A DNA stretch of 64,000 nt from Nitrospirota bacterium (GTDB lineage Bacteria; Nitrospirota; UBA9217): the NCBI GenBank assembly GCA_963751455.1, contig CAVVUN010000006.1, forward strand, positions 192,001-256,000, given 5' to 3'. The number at the start of each line of letters is the position of its first letter. Positions within the stretch are counted from its first letter, which is position 1. Positions 1 to 10,229 of the stretch are shown here, one piece after another. The translations under genes and the position numbers were made by a program. The notes below the pieces were generated by a model. It was not told the origin of the DNA. It saw only the letters and a list, made by a program, of their open reading frames with translations, and searched no databases.

Positions 1-320
1 GCTGAATGGCATAAAAAGACCTCTTCGTAACGTTTTTCAGGCGGATACTTTTTTCGTTCGGGATTAGTACGGAATGACCAGCAAGAGCTTGCCGGCAGCT
101 GCTTAGGAAATTATTCCCATCAACTTTAGTATAAGCATATCACAGAGTTTGGCGGGTTGTATAGAAAAGAATGCAGAAAAAATTACTTTAAAGCAAATCT
201 AATACTTTTTTATGAAAAACAAGCAGCCCAGTTAGTATCCTTACAAGCCGTTGAGGACTTTAGGATTACGATTACGCTGCTCAATTATCGGAGCAGGACG
301 TGAGCGCCATTCAAAGAATT

Positions 321-680
321 TCATGCACCTCGATGGACCGACTCCGGCGAGAAAGCCGGCAGACAAACAGCGATGTATTCGGCGCCGCCTTCGTACGGAG
401 TGCTGTACTGGACCCATTCGCCAGCTTCAATGATGATTGCCTGGCCTGCAACGATATCCAATTCCCTCGCTTTCAGCTTGACCCTGACGGTCCCCTTCAA
501 TACAACTGTATATTCATTGAAAGCCGGGGTTTGACCGGGCTCGGACCAGCCTGCAGGACTGGTCATCCTTGCAATGCTCACCTCCGAAGTCTGTGAATTG
601 ACTCTGCCGATAAATTCCTCGATCTGTTTGGGCGGACTTCCTGCCGCCTTAATTACAGTCGGTTTCTGAACAATTTTCAT
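321..680 (-). CDS. Cupin domain protein (EutQ-like)
   Basis: Start MKIVQK follows a GGAGG RBS; cupin motifs (WSEPGQTPAFNEYTVVLKG; AGQAIIIEAGEWVQY). Confidence 0.85.
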   Translation of the reverse strand: MKIVQKPTVIKAAGSPPKQIEEFIGRVNSQTSEVSIARMTSPAGWSEPGQTPAFNEYTVVLKGTVRVKLKARELDIVAGQAIIIEAGEWVQYSTPYEGGAEYIAVCLPAFSPESVHRGA

Positions 681-729
681 GATTCCTCCCACTCGCTTAT
701 TTATTCGACCATTCTCGATATCCCGTACG

Positions 730-1326
730 TCAAGACTGTTGCCAGGCTTCTCGCTCATACTCAGTAAATCCCCAATGACGTAGTTTGGTCTTAACGGGTC
801 CATTCCAGCCAGCGGACAATAATTCACGCGCAATGTACATATTGATCAGCCCGTGTCCGACAAAAAGTACGGAACCATGTTCATGCGCCAGAGATGTCAA
901 TAACATCGCAGCATTCTGCGCCCTCTTTCGAAATGCATTAATGGACTCGCCTTTAGGCTTAAAACCGAAGGACCACAAAAAACGAAACAATAAAGCCCAA
1001 ACATAGGGCGGCATCCTTAAGAAAGTCATCGGACAGTAGGGCAACCCGGCTTCCCTGAACAACTCGTTCGATATCATCGGCCTCCCCGCCCCGATGATCC
1101 TTCCGGATTCCACGGAGCGCAACAGGTCACTCGTAGCGAGCACTTTGCACTGACCCGCGATTGCCAAAGCTGTGTCGGGCGGTCGAATGTCCCGTATCCC
1201 TGACGAGTTGTAGGCATCGATCCAGTTTCCGAGTTCACCAGCTCGAATCCAGGGCCAATTCAACAGACTCGTCCTGCCGTGCCGAAGAAGAACTATTTTC
1301 AATGGTTTCTTACAGCCTTTTTCCAT
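730..1326 (-). CDS. Histidine phosphatase family protein
   Basis: IVLLRHG motif, SDLLRSVES, VLFVGHG. Confidence 0.85.
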   Translation of the reverse strand: MEKGCKKPLKIVLLRHGRTSLLNWPWIRAGELGNWIDAYNSSGIRDIRPPDTALAIAGQCKVLATSDLLRSVESGRIIGAGRPMISNELFREAGLPYCPMTFLRMPPYVWALLFRFLWSFGFKPKGESINAFRKRAQNAAMLLTSLAHEHGSVLFVGHGLINMYIARELLSAGWNGPVKTKLRHWGFTEYEREAWQQS

Positions 1327-2030
1327 AATTCTGTCTGTAAAAAACTGCCCTCTATATTATTCGCCATTGCCACGAACCGGGCCGTCGGCATGGAAAAAGT
1401 CATAACTTCCTTTGGAAGATATGCCCGGACAGATGGATCCATGGTTCCGACCACGCACTTTGAGAACTTCTCGAACTTTTCTCTGTAGGGAATCGTCCAG
1501 ATGCCCTGGCAGCCCGATGCAAATGGAATGATGACGCTGTCGTTCGCCGGTCTGTCGTAGTTGGCCAGCGTAACCATGCCGGCAAGAGACACGGTGTCGA
1601 CCCACAGCACGACGACTTCCGGCTGATCTTCCTCTCCCAGGTCTTGAATGCGCTCTAAAACGATAAACTTCTCTGCAGCGGGAATCGCGTTGATCTCAGC
1701 ATAGAAAGCTTCACCCAGCTCAACGGACTTCTTGAATTTTTCTTTTTGGGCCAGAAACGCCCCCGCTCCCGCCCCCGGCTTTTTAAATCCCAGATAGCAT
1801 GCCGCGCCGCTGCAACCAGGGCTGTCAGCGGAGAGACAGAGACGCTTTCCTCCTGCCACTGCATCGATAAAGGTGAACATGCAGGTCCATGCGCCCTTTT
1901 CGGGCATAACGGCATTATCCGGCGGCTCGGCAGCGAACCGCCAGCTCATGGCGGGCATCATGAATGAAACGCATCGTTCAAAATATTCGAGACTTGCTTT
2001 GACCTCTTGCGCATTCATAATGATGGTCAC
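1299..2030 (-). CDS. DUF169 family protein
   Basis: 243-aa ORF with Cys motifs (WTCMF, GCSGAACYLG, FASGC) and DPSVR, typical of DUF169. Confidence 0.7.
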   Translation of the reverse strand: MTIIMNAQEVKASLEYFERCVSFMMPAMSWRFAAEPPDNAVMPEKGAWTCMFTFIDAVAGGKRLCLSADSPGCSGAACYLGFKKPGAGAGAFLAQKEKFKKSVELGEAFYAEINAIPAAEKFIVLERIQDLGEEDQPEVVVLWVDTVSLAGMVTLANYDRPANDSVIIPFASGCQGIWTIPYREKFEKFSKCVVGTMDPSVRAYLPKEVMTFSMPTARFVAMANNIEGSFLQTELWKKAVRNH

Positions 2031-2132
2031 CTATCCTCATAATATCCACTATCGTCTTCATTGGGTTTTATGTTTGACTGCGGCCATGCCGCGCTCTGTT
2101 GATGCTGGAATAGTGCTGCCTCAGCAGCCCGA

Positions 2133-2251
2133 TTAGAGCATGAAGGAGGTTCATTGGCTATGGACGCCATAAGGGTTTCGGCTTCCTTTACCTCTTCGGC
2201 CGAGCCGGAAAGTGAACGCCGGACTGCGCCTTCAGCTCCACAAACCCGCAT
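2133..2251 (-). pseudogene. C-terminal remnant of a conserved hypothetical protein
   Basis: VCGAEGAV...SGSAEEVKEAETLMASIANEPP reads like a protein C-terminus; no 5' part present. Confidence 0.4.
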
Positions 2252-2253
2252 TC

Positions 2254-3171
2254 TTATCCCTTAAATTCGCAAAAGTTTTTCTTTATGAAACTGCCCAAAT
2301 TGGCAATGGCTTGTTTCGCTTCCGGCATCACCATTGCGAATCCCTGAAATACGTGCCACATGCCTTCCCAAACTTCAAATACAACTTCGACTCCGTCTTC
2401 TTCAGCTTTTTGCGCCAATAGCATAGAATCACTTAACAGTACTTCATCATCACCAACCTGAATAAACATGTTCGGCAAGCCTTTGAGGTTTTGCTTTATT
2501 GGCGGTTCAATAACTGCGGAGCCTGAATAGAATTCTCCATATCGTTGGATTATTTTTTTAGTATTCAGCGGGTCACTGTTTTTTCGGCTGTTATATGAAT
2601 CGCCGTCAAAATCTCTTAAATCTCCGCCCATTAGCGAAATAAAAAACGATGCTTTGGGCAAAGGGATACCCGCGTCTCTGATCGATAACAAAGTCATTAA
2701 TGCTAACCCCGCACCTGAGGAATCTCCCCCAATGATAATATCCCCTGGTTTGTGTCCATGTTCCAGCAGCCATGTATAAGAATTAAAACAATCGTCATTT
2801 GCCGCCGGATATTTATATTCCGGTGCTAATCTATAATCGACTGCCAGTATTTTTGCATTACTGATTTTAGATATGCGTAAAGCGAAGTCTCTATGATTAT
2901 TGCCGTATTTAAGACAAAATCCGCCGGAATGAAAATAAAGAATAACTTTTACTGATTTTTCATCTACACAGGATGCTCTGAGCCATTCTGCGTTAATGCC
3001 TCCAATGTCTATTGGTTCAATATGAGCATCTTTAGTGAGTTTAATTCCATTACTCATTTTTCCCGATTTTTGACGAATCACTTCTATTGATGCTTCAAAA
3101 GGATCGAATGCTCTACGCATCAAGTGTTTTACGATGATAAATTTAGTAAGACGACTGCGTATTGATATCAC
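2254..3171 (-). CDS. Alpha/beta hydrolase (HSL-family esterase)
   Basis: HSGG, DYRLAPE, GDSSG nucleophile elbow, GMWHVF. Confidence 0.9.
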   Translation of the reverse strand: MISIRSRLTKFIIVKHLMRRAFDPFEASIEVIRQKSGKMSNGIKLTKDAHIEPIDIGGINAEWLRASCVDEKSVKVILYFHSGGFCLKYGNNHRDFALRISKISNAKILAVDYRLAPEYKYPAANDDCFNSYTWLLEHGHKPGDIIIGGDSSGAGLALMTLLSIRDAGIPLPKASFFISLMGGDLRDFDGDSYNSRKNSDPLNTKKIIQRYGEFYSGSAVIEPPIKQNLKGLPNMFIQVGDDEVLLSDSMLLAQKAEEDGVEVVFEVWEGMWHVFQGFAMVMPEAKQAIANLGSFIKKNFCEFKG

Positions 3172-3374
3172 ATTTCCCTCGGGTTTAATTTTTCACTTCT
3201 ACACGTTGCTTGTTCCTGAAATGCGGAAATGGATTCAGTGTCCCGCCTTGCACGCCGCTCAATCGGCTGATACCGGCTATTAAGCGCCATGTCGGACGTT
3301 CCCGGCGAGTCGGAGGGCACTGCATCGTATTACTCGTCCGGTCAGTCCCCCGACCGAGACAAAAACCGGCCAAA

Positions 3375-4169
3375 TTACGGCTTCATCAAAACCTTGCCCA
3401 TTTTTAAGTTTGCACACCGGGGCGAAAAGCGGAGCGACCCGATCATCACCTTATTGAACCAGCCCGGCACCACTCTCGCCTTCCCCTTCATTAAAGCCTG
3501 GTAGCCCGCTCTCGCCACGTCACCGGCTGCCATACTATTCAAGCGGACCAATAAGGTGTTTTCGGTCCTGGCCCTGCTTGCGAACCGTGTTGCGGTCACA
3601 CCCGGGCATAAGGCGGTTACCGTAACACCCGTGCCCTCCAGTTCAGCCGACAGCGCCTCGGAAAAGCTCAACACGAATGCCTTGGTCGCCCCATATACCG
3701 ACATATACGGCACTGGCGCGAAGGAGCCGGTTGAGCCTATATTCAGTATCCTGCCGCTCTTCCGACTGATCATGTCCGGAAGGAACAGTCGGGTCAATTC
3801 GACCAGGGTCCCCACGTTGACTTGCACCATCTGCCGCTGCACCTCCAATTCGGCTTCTGCAAGAGGCGCTAAATCGCCAAACCCCGCGTTATTGACAAGA
3901 ACATCGATGTTAAGATTGCTGTTCTTCACTTCCCGGTAAATTTCCCCGGCAGCGGCCGAATTTGACAGATCTTTAGGCAGGACCATGGTCCCCACATGAT
4001 AGTGGTCCTCGAGTTCCCGGGCGACCTCCGCAAGACGCCCGGCATCCCTGGCGATTAAAACCGCGTTAAATCCATTCCGCGCGAACTGACGGCACAGCTC
4101 ATATCCGATGCCGCCTGAAGCTCCCGTCACGATGGCCCACCGGCCCTTGTCTTGCCTGTCCTGTTTCAT
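3375..4169 (-). CDS. SDR family oxidoreductase
   Basis: TGASGGIG, NNAG, YGATK. Confidence 0.92.
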   Translation of the reverse strand: MKQDRQDKGRWAIVTGASGGIGYELCRQFARNGFNAVLIARDAGRLAEVARELEDHYHVGTMVLPKDLSNSAAAGEIYREVKNSNLNIDVLVNNAGFGDLAPLAEAELEVQRQMVQVNVGTLVELTRLFLPDMISRKSGRILNIGSTGSFAPVPYMSVYGATKAFVLSFSEALSAELEGTGVTVTALCPGVTATRFASRARTENTLLVRLNSMAAGDVARAGYQALMKGKARVVPGWFNKVMIGSLRFSPRCANLKMGKVLMKP

Positions 4170-4195
4170 GGTATCGCCTCCTTAAAAGATGCTTA

Positions 4196-4876
4196 TTACT
4201 TTTTCCGCCGGGTATTCTGCGCTTCCCAGCCGTCCAGAATAACGCCGAGGGCGTCAAAGCACGATTGCCCGAAATCGATCTGCATTGTTCGCAATTCCGG
4301 TTCCTTTTCAAATATTTTTTTCATGACCGGCGCCGGCTCAGCTATATGGGTAAACCCGATTACGAGCGCATACATCCAGAATAGAAATGTTACGCCCTGG
4401 CCCGGCTTGAAATAAGGCAGGCATTTTTCCAGCAGCGCTCCGGTCCCGGATAATCGCTTCGACAGCATTCTTTTAAATTCAAGAGCTTCCTTATATCCGA
4501 TATTCTGCTCCAACACGATGTGCAGAATGGCGGACAGCCGCGGCAAAAGAGGTTGTTGCGCGAGGATGTGCCGCAAGGTTTTCAACACCTTGTCCTTTGA
4601 CGGTTTTAAACGTCCGCTCGAAGCTTCTGTAAACAGCCGATCCATGGCGTCAAACCACTTTTCGAATTCTTTCGAAGCGATGCGAAAAAAAAGCTCCTCT
4701 TTGGTTTTAAAATAGAGAAAAACAGTGCCCTTGGCCATGCCTGCTTTTTTGGCCACGTCGGCGATGTTGATCCTATGGAAAGATTTTTCCTGAAGCAGGA
4801 CTTCAGCCGCAGAAAGTATCTCCTGGAGGCGTTCGCTTTTTTGCTCGGCGCTCCTTGCCCTTCTCGTGATTACCAT
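4196..4876 (-). CDS. TetR/AcrR family regulator
   Basis: HTH IADVAKKAGMAKGTVFLYFKTKEEL. Confidence 0.92.
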   Translation of the reverse strand: MVITRRARSAEQKSERLQEILSAAEVLLQEKSFHRINIADVAKKAGMAKGTVFLYFKTKEELFFRIASKEFEKWFDAMDRLFTEASSGRLKPSKDKVLKTLRHILAQQPLLPRLSAILHIVLEQNIGYKEALEFKRMLSKRLSGTGALLEKCLPYFKPGQGVTFLFWMYALVIGFTHIAEPAPVMKKIFEKEPELRTMQIDFGQSCFDALGVILDGWEAQNTRRKK

Positions 4877-4895
4877 TTCATCCTCATTTTATTAA

Positions 4896-4946
4896 TGACC
4901 GGAGGTCACTTAAATTAAGTGTAAATGACCCAAGGTCATTTGTCAA
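4896..4946 (-). promoter_or_regulatory. Sigma70 promoter with two palindromic operators, likely TetR autoregulation
   Basis: TTGACA (4946-4941), 17-bp spacer, TACACT (4923-4918); TGACC-N3-GGTCA palindromes at 4896-4908 and 4926-4938. Confidence 0.75.
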
Positions 4947-5052
4947 GAACTTTTTCCCCCGACGCACTTAACCTCGCGCCATGGTATCCGACAACGAGGT
5001 ATATGATCGGCATTTTGATAATCCGGCCACATTTCAAGGCGCTGGCATGGTC

Positions 5053-5088
5053 ATTTCCATATTTCAACAATTGTTGAAATATGGAAAT
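5053..5088. repeat. Perfect 36-bp spacerless palindrome
   Basis: ATTTCCATATTTCAACAA/TTGTTGAAATATGGAAAT. Confidence 0.9.
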
Positions 5089-5115
5089 AATGAGGTGGCA
5101 GGAACAATCCCTTCT

Positions 5116-5469
5116 CTATTTCTGAGCAACTGCTAGCAGGCGTTTACTTGACTGTTTATCATAAGGAGAGAATTCCCAATCCCCGAAGTAGTCGACTTTC
5201 CTGAATCCCGCTTCGTCAAGAATACGGTCCCAATCATCCTTGAGACGGATCCGGACACGAAAAGATGAGTGTTTGAAATCGGAAAGGTCCTGGGTATGAA
5301 TGAAATCAAAAACTTCAACCTGCATTACATCTTGCGAGTAATTCATCACGAGTAACCGGGAGAAATCCCGGTCATTCATTTGAGCATCATACCGCGAAGG
5401 ACCCGCCATCGTGGCATCAGACTGCCCCTGATCAAACACCAGAATTCCCCCGTAGGGATCGTATGACAA
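5116..5469 (-). pseudogene. C-terminal fragment of a class I SAM methyltransferase
   Basis: GGILVFD and LDEAGFRKVDYFGDWEFSPYDKQSSKRLLAVAQK tail; SAM-binding motif I absent. Confidence 0.6.
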
Positions 5470-5529
5470 CTATGTTTCCTCCCTTGTAAACTGCACGTGT
5501 TAATCACCTTTCAAAAAAAGTAATCGTTA

Positions 5530-5680
5530 CTAAGACGAAAGATATGCCTTACTAAGGTACAAGACCATTTTCAATGCATACTCGTCGGATTCCCTGGTTC
5601 GTTCCAGCGGGAACTTCCGGTAGAGCGCATCCAATTCTCTGAAAATGCCCGTAGCAGAACGTCGCAGCTTCTCAGTATCG
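5530..5680 (-). pseudogene. Frameshifted C-terminal remnant paralogous to the nucleotidyltransferase at 13988-14848
   Basis: ILRSCDVLLRAF / ELDALYRKFPLERTRESDEYALKMVLYLSKAYLSS* aligns with ILKSCNILLTAFLKQMDLLYQKFRFERIKESDEFALKMVMELSKEYLSQ. Confidence 0.8.
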
Positions 5681-5843
5681 CGACCGTCGCAGTTATGAAT
5701 AACACTCCCACGATTATTGCTGTTTTTCTGTTTGTATCCATCTTCTCCACCTTATGATATTTTTTATGCTTTGATCTTTGCTGATATTGTAGGCCGTTGT
5801 TTGGCTATGGCTATGCCGACATCCTTCATGCGAGCTACCGCTG

Positions 5844-6503
5844 TCAGCCGTCTTTGTCTATCCAATACGCGAAGGCGATATAGGCCGCCTGTCCTGCTGT
5901 GAGCATGATTCCGATTATCGTCATGTTCGGAGGGGGAGGTCCGAAGGAACCTCCGAGAAACGAGGCCGTCAGAATAATTATCAGCGCGGCAAGCCCGTAT
6001 TTGGCGGAAGGCCGAAGCGCGCTGCGGGCGCGAAGATAGAACACGATTCCGACGACGAAGAGCGCGACCTCCACCGCTATTGTTGCAGGCAGGCTGTCCC
6101 AGAGCGAAAATCCCAGTTTGGGAGAGCCGTTTCCCAGAAGCGGCATGTCGGGAGTATGCGAGATCACGTCGAGGACATAATGGGAGAAGATAGCGAGTGC
6201 AAGGACCGCTGCCGGCCGTTTCCGCTGTGCGCGGTCTTTCCCCGGCCATAGCCAATACACCAGAAACCCGATGAATGACCAGACCACCGCGCCGAGGGCG
6301 CTGTGGCTTATGGGATAATCGTAAAATTCAAACGGCGCAGCCGCAGAGGCGCCGGGCACGATCCGCGCATGCTCGACGCCGGTGAGCACGAATATTCCGA
6401 ATATGATATCAAGGAGGGTCGCCCCCAAGACCAGCATGCCGAGAGACAACTTCGGCGCCATCCTCTTGAGCCCGAACCCGACTGCGTAATGGCCTATGAA
6501 CAT
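5844..6503 (-). CDS. Membrane-bound metal-dependent hydrolase (YdjM-like)
   Basis: MFIGH start, ISHS, SHYVLD motifs, several transmembrane segments. Confidence 0.75.
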   Translation of the reverse strand: MFIGHYAVGFGLKRMAPKLSLGMLVLGATLLDIIFGIFVLTGVEHARIVPGASAAAPFEFYDYPISHSALGAVVWSFIGFLVYWLWPGKDRAQRKRPAAVLALAIFSHYVLDVISHTPDMPLLGNGSPKLGFSLWDSLPATIAVEVALFVVGIVFYLRARSALRPSAKYGLAALIIILTASFLGGSFGPPPPNMTIIGIMLTAGQAAYIAFAYWIDKDG

Positions 6504-6720
6504 ACATCTCCCCTTCACGGCCGCGGTGTCCGACCATTCCATCTCTTCCGTCTTTCTACGCATGCCCGCTGAAACAGAGAACCGATCGTGTTCACTCGAT
6601 TCATTGCACCGCCTCGACGAATACTGGATTTTCACTAAGACTCACGTTACTGCGCCGTTTGATACGGTGAGGGTCTCTGTGGTGAATGCCGCGGCGTCAT
6701 CCGCTGCTTCCGTGCGGCCG

Positions 6721-7084
6721 TTAGATCCATACACCGCTCGTCGCGGTTTTCTCGCTCACGACTTCTCCGGTGTTCGCCGTACCGGCCGCCTCGACGAGCA
6801 TAGCCCTGCATTCGGTCTTGGCCGACGTCTTGTGCTCCACGGACTTTGAAATGACGAACATCTCGCCTGCTGCGACCGGAGACATCACCGTCTCGGAAAT
6901 GAATCATCATCGCCCCATCGAGAACAATGAACACCTCGTCCGTGTCAGAGTGGCTGTGCCAAACAAACTCGCCTTGGAACTTCACAAGCTTAAAGTGATA
7001 GTCGTTCATCTGCGCGATGATCTTCGGCGACCAGTGCTCAGAGAACTTCGAAAACTTTTCACTGAGGTTGATTGCGGTCTTCAT
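6721..7084 (-). pseudogene. Cupin domain protein with a +1 frameshift near 6877
   Basis: [32 protein letters not shown] continues in another frame as [16 protein letters not shown]...GVWI*; span is 364 bp. Confidence 0.8.
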
Positions 7085-7104
7085 ACGATTCCGTTCTCCC
7101 TGTA

Positions 7105-7172
7105 GGTTAACGTTTGACCTGAGCGGACGAAAAACAACATCTGTTCGCCGGTCCGATGAAAGGGTTAGCGAC
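7105..7172 (-). other. Degenerate integron attC-like site
   Basis: Minus strand GCTAAC...CGGAC...GTCCG-CTCAGGTCAAAC-GTTAACC, with attC-like ends and an inner stem. Confidence 0.45.
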
Positions 7173-7215
7173 CTTGGGCGCAAGAGCCTCGACGCTCATG
7201 ATGCGGGCCTCTAAT

Positions 7216-7716
7216 TCACGCGGCGGACGCAATCGGTGGTTGTGCGGGCAAATTTTGAATCTCATACTCATATAAATCGGTTTCCTGACCATACTTATCT
7301 ATGCCTTTTCCGATGTACTTCCATCCTCTTTTGCTGTAAAAACTTCCCTTGTTTTCAGTTTTTAAAAATACTTTTTCATAACCAAGTGATTTTGCCTCGT
7401 TAAGTGCATAGTTGATCAACTTTTCGCCAACGCCCTTATTTCGATAATCATGTCCAACGACAAGCGATGCCAACCAGGGTGATAAATCCATTCGCGTCGT
7501 TAAATCATTTACAAACAACGACGCTGTTCCAATACATTCGTTATTTTCTATCGCAACATAGGTTATTGGCAATCTATTGTTGTTTGTTTTTTTAATAAAT
7601 TCCACGACGTCATTAAAAGTAAATTGCGATTTGGATTTACTGACAAATTCATCATAAATGAATTTGGCTACAGCTTCCGCCATGTCGATATTGTCATACA
7701 GCTTTTCAATTTTCAT
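7216..7716 (-). CDS. GNAT N-acetyltransferase
   Basis: PWLASLVVGHDYRNKGVG, FYSKRGW; visibly low GC. Confidence 0.9.
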   Translation of the reverse strand: MKIEKLYDNIDMAEAVAKFIYDEFVSKSKSQFTFNDVVEFIKKTNNNRLPITYVAIENNECIGTASLFVNDLTTRMDLSPWLASLVVGHDYRNKGVGEKLINYALNEAKSLGYEKVFLKTENKGSFYSKRGWKYIGKGIDKYGQETDLYEYEIQNLPAQPPIASAA

Positions 7717-7984
7717 TTACATCATTCCTTGATCGACATCCGAAATCAGCGGCGCGATTGTGCAGCCTCCGCTGGAGTGACTTGTCCTGTCATGTAATCT
7801 CGACATGCCTCCTGGATTGCAGCATGCATCCTCCTGTATTCCTGAAGGGCCGTTCTGCTCGCAGCATTCGCTGTTATGCCGTCCAGAGAAACGGCGTTGC
7901 GAAGCGTATCCTCGGGCCAGTCGAAACGATAGCTATCGAAAAACAGTGTGAAACTCCCCTTCTCAGAATGCCGGGCGATCAGGG

Positions 7985-8881
7985 TTATGCCAGTTTCCGC
8001 CGGATGATTTGACCGACCTGATCGAGAGCCTGCTGTCCTTCCGGCAGTTGGGCAGCGAATGCGTGCCAAACATGCCACATGCCCTCCCAGACGTCCAACG
8101 TCACCTCAACCCCGACTGCCTTCGCCCGCTCTGCCACACGTATCGAATCGTCCAGCATGATCTCATCGCTGCCGACATGGATGAGCAACGGCGGCAGGCC
8201 GCTTAGATCAGCGTAGAGCGGTGAGATGAGCGGATGACGCAAATCCATTTCACCTGAATAGAGAGCGGCATGGTATCGATTCATATCGGGGGTCACCATG
8301 GGATCCGCTTCGGCGCGGGTGGTCATTGATTCACCGGTCCCGGCGAGGTCGGTCCAGGGCGAGAGGAGCACCGCGCTTGCCGGAAGTGCAACACCGGCAT
8401 CGCGGAGCGTAACCAGCGTAGCAAGGGTCAGGCCGCCGCCTGACGATACGCCCACAATGACGATATGGTGGGGCAGTATGCCCTGGTCGAGCAACCAACG
8501 ATAGGCTGCAGTTACATCTTCTATGGCGGCGGGGAAAGGATGTTCCGGCGCCAGACGATAGTCAATGACCAAGGCACGACATCCTGAAGCAGTCGAGAGA
8601 AGAGAGGCTATACGATGCACCGATTGGCTGGAACCCATGGTATAACCTCCGCCGTGGAGACAGAGGATGATTTTATCTGTAGCCGTATCGGGAGCGCTGA
8701 CCCAGTCGCAAGGCACACCGCCTGCAGTGATCGGCTCAACTTGGGTCCCGGCGGGCAAAGGCGTTTGTCTTGCCAACGCGTTGAGACCATCTCGTGCCTC
8801 TTGGATAGAGGACGGCGGGGGAGCATTTTTCATATTCTGAACCAACCAGAGCCGTATTTGTTGACTTTCCGGGCTTAACAT
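7985..8881 (-). CDS. Alpha/beta hydrolase (HSL-family esterase)
   Basis: HGGG, DYRLAPEHPFPAA, GVSSGG, GMWHVW; RBS before MLSPES. Confidence 0.9.
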   Translation of the reverse strand: MLSPESQQIRLWLVQNMKNAPPPSSIQEARDGLNALARQTPLPAGTQVEPITAGGVPCDWVSAPDTATDKIILCLHGGGYTMGSSQSVHRIASLLSTASGCRALVIDYRLAPEHPFPAAIEDVTAAYRWLLDQGILPHHIVIVGVSSGGGLTLATLVTLRDAGVALPASAVLLSPWTDLAGTGESMTTRAEADPMVTPDMNRYHAALYSGEMDLRHPLISPLYADLSGLPPLLIHVGSDEIMLDDSIRVAERAKAVGVEVTLDVWEGMWHVWHAFAAQLPEGQQALDQVGQIIRRKLA

Positions 8882-8990
8882 TGTTTGTGCCTCCCCTTTT
8901 GGGTTTAACACGCGGGTGAAGGGTGCAGTACATGCTCCTCTCGCCAATAGTTGCGAGTGTTACAGCAGGTTGCGATCTTTGTGTCAAGAC

Positions 8991-10229
8991 TTACGAAACT
9001 GATGCCTGTGCAAAACAGAACATCTCGGTTACTTTTCCTCCAGAGGAACCGTCACGAAGCGAAAGGTATTTCGCTTGCATGTCCTCTGTTGTGAGATGAT
9101 CAATAATCGTGAAGCCTCTCTCCGATAAAAACGAACCAATTTTTCCCTCTTCAATTTCAAATTGCATGGCTTCTCCGGGAAAATGAGCTTTCATGGTTTT
9201 CCTCAATTCGTGTACGCCGTATCCATCCAATTTATGCGGTGAAAAAAATGTATAGTCGAAGCATAGAGTGCTGCCGACAGGTGAATTCGATTTGACAAAA
9301 TTCAGGGTGTCATTAACAGCTTTAGGTGATAAGTAAAAGGTGACACCTTCCCATATGAATAATGTTTTTTTATTCCTATCAAAGCCTGACCGCAACAGTA
9401 CTTCCTTTAGGGGGTCCTTATCGAAGTTTACCGAAACAAAAGTCAGCTGTTCCGGCTTAAGAATACCTGATTTCTGCAATAGCTCTTTTTTCCTCTGCTG
9501 CGTCGTAGGGGCATCTACCTCGAAGATTCTGGTCTGCTTGATAATTTCCCTGAAACGATACGATCTACTGTCGTACCCCGCACCTAAGAATACAATCTGC
9601 GGAATATTTTCTCGCAGTGCCCTTTCCACGACCTGATCGAAGTACGCCGTGCGGGCAATCATGTATTCATACATCCCGGGGATGGTTCCCGTCTTTATCA
9701 ACCAGCTCCTTGTGGCCGGGTCTTTAATTACTTTTTTGCGGTCTTCCGGAAGAAACTTTTTCGCGAGATAATCACCACCTCTGATCTCTTCTCTCTCATC
9801 CAGCGAGGCGAGGGCGCGATAAAACGTAACGATCATAGCGGTTTCAGACGGTTGTTGCTCGATGGATCTCTTGGTCTTGTCCGCTGTCGTGCCGATAATC
9901 CCGAGTATATTTCCAAATGGATCAACTACGCTCGCCCTCCTCGTCCCGGAAATAGTGTCAATTTCAGTATGAGAAGCAGCGCCCGCTTGAAGGAGCAGCT
10001 TATACGCGGCATCTACATCATCAACGCCCCAATAAATCGTGGCGGTTTCATCGCTCTTGGACAGCGGCCCTGCAGCCGGTGTAAGGACTAATTCGGAATC
10101 TCCGACTGGAAAGATTACAGCGAACGGCGAATCGAACTTGGGTTCTGCTTCAAGAATCTTCCGATACCAATTTTTTGCTTTTTCAATATCCGAGACCCGA
10201 TAAGCTACTCTAATGAGGCGCTTGAACAT
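8991..10229 (-). CDS. Glyoxalase/VOC domain fused to LCM-type SAM methyltransferase
   Basis: N-term VSDIEKAKNWY...DPFGN; C-term ARTAYFD, LGAGYDSR, WEGVTFYL. Confidence 0.88.
   Translation of the reverse strand: MFKRLIRVAYRVSDIEKAKNWYRKILEAEPKFDSPFAVIFPVGDSELVLTPAAGPLSKSDETATIYWGVDDVDAAYKLLLQAGAASHTEIDTISGTRRASVVDPFGNILGIIGTTADKTKRSIEQQPSETAMIVTFYRALASLDEREEIRGGDYLAKKFLPEDRKKVIKDPATRSWLIKTGTIPGMYEYMIARTAYFDQVVERALRENIPQIVFLGAGYDSRSYRFREIIKQTRIFEVDAPTTQQRKKELLQKSGILKPEQLTFVSVNFDKDPLKEVLLRSGFDRNKKTLFIWEGVTFYLSPKAVNDTLNFVKSNSPVGSTLCFDYTFFSPHKLDGYGVHELRKTMKAHFPGEAMQFEIEEGKIGSFLSERGFTIIDHLTTEDMQAKYLSLRDGSSGGKVTEMFCFAQASVS

Noticed and set aside
1-135. Start of a minus-strand gene (ATG at 12, GAGG RBS, TATACT at 133-128)
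   Set aside because: Only four codons lie in the window, so it cannot be identified.
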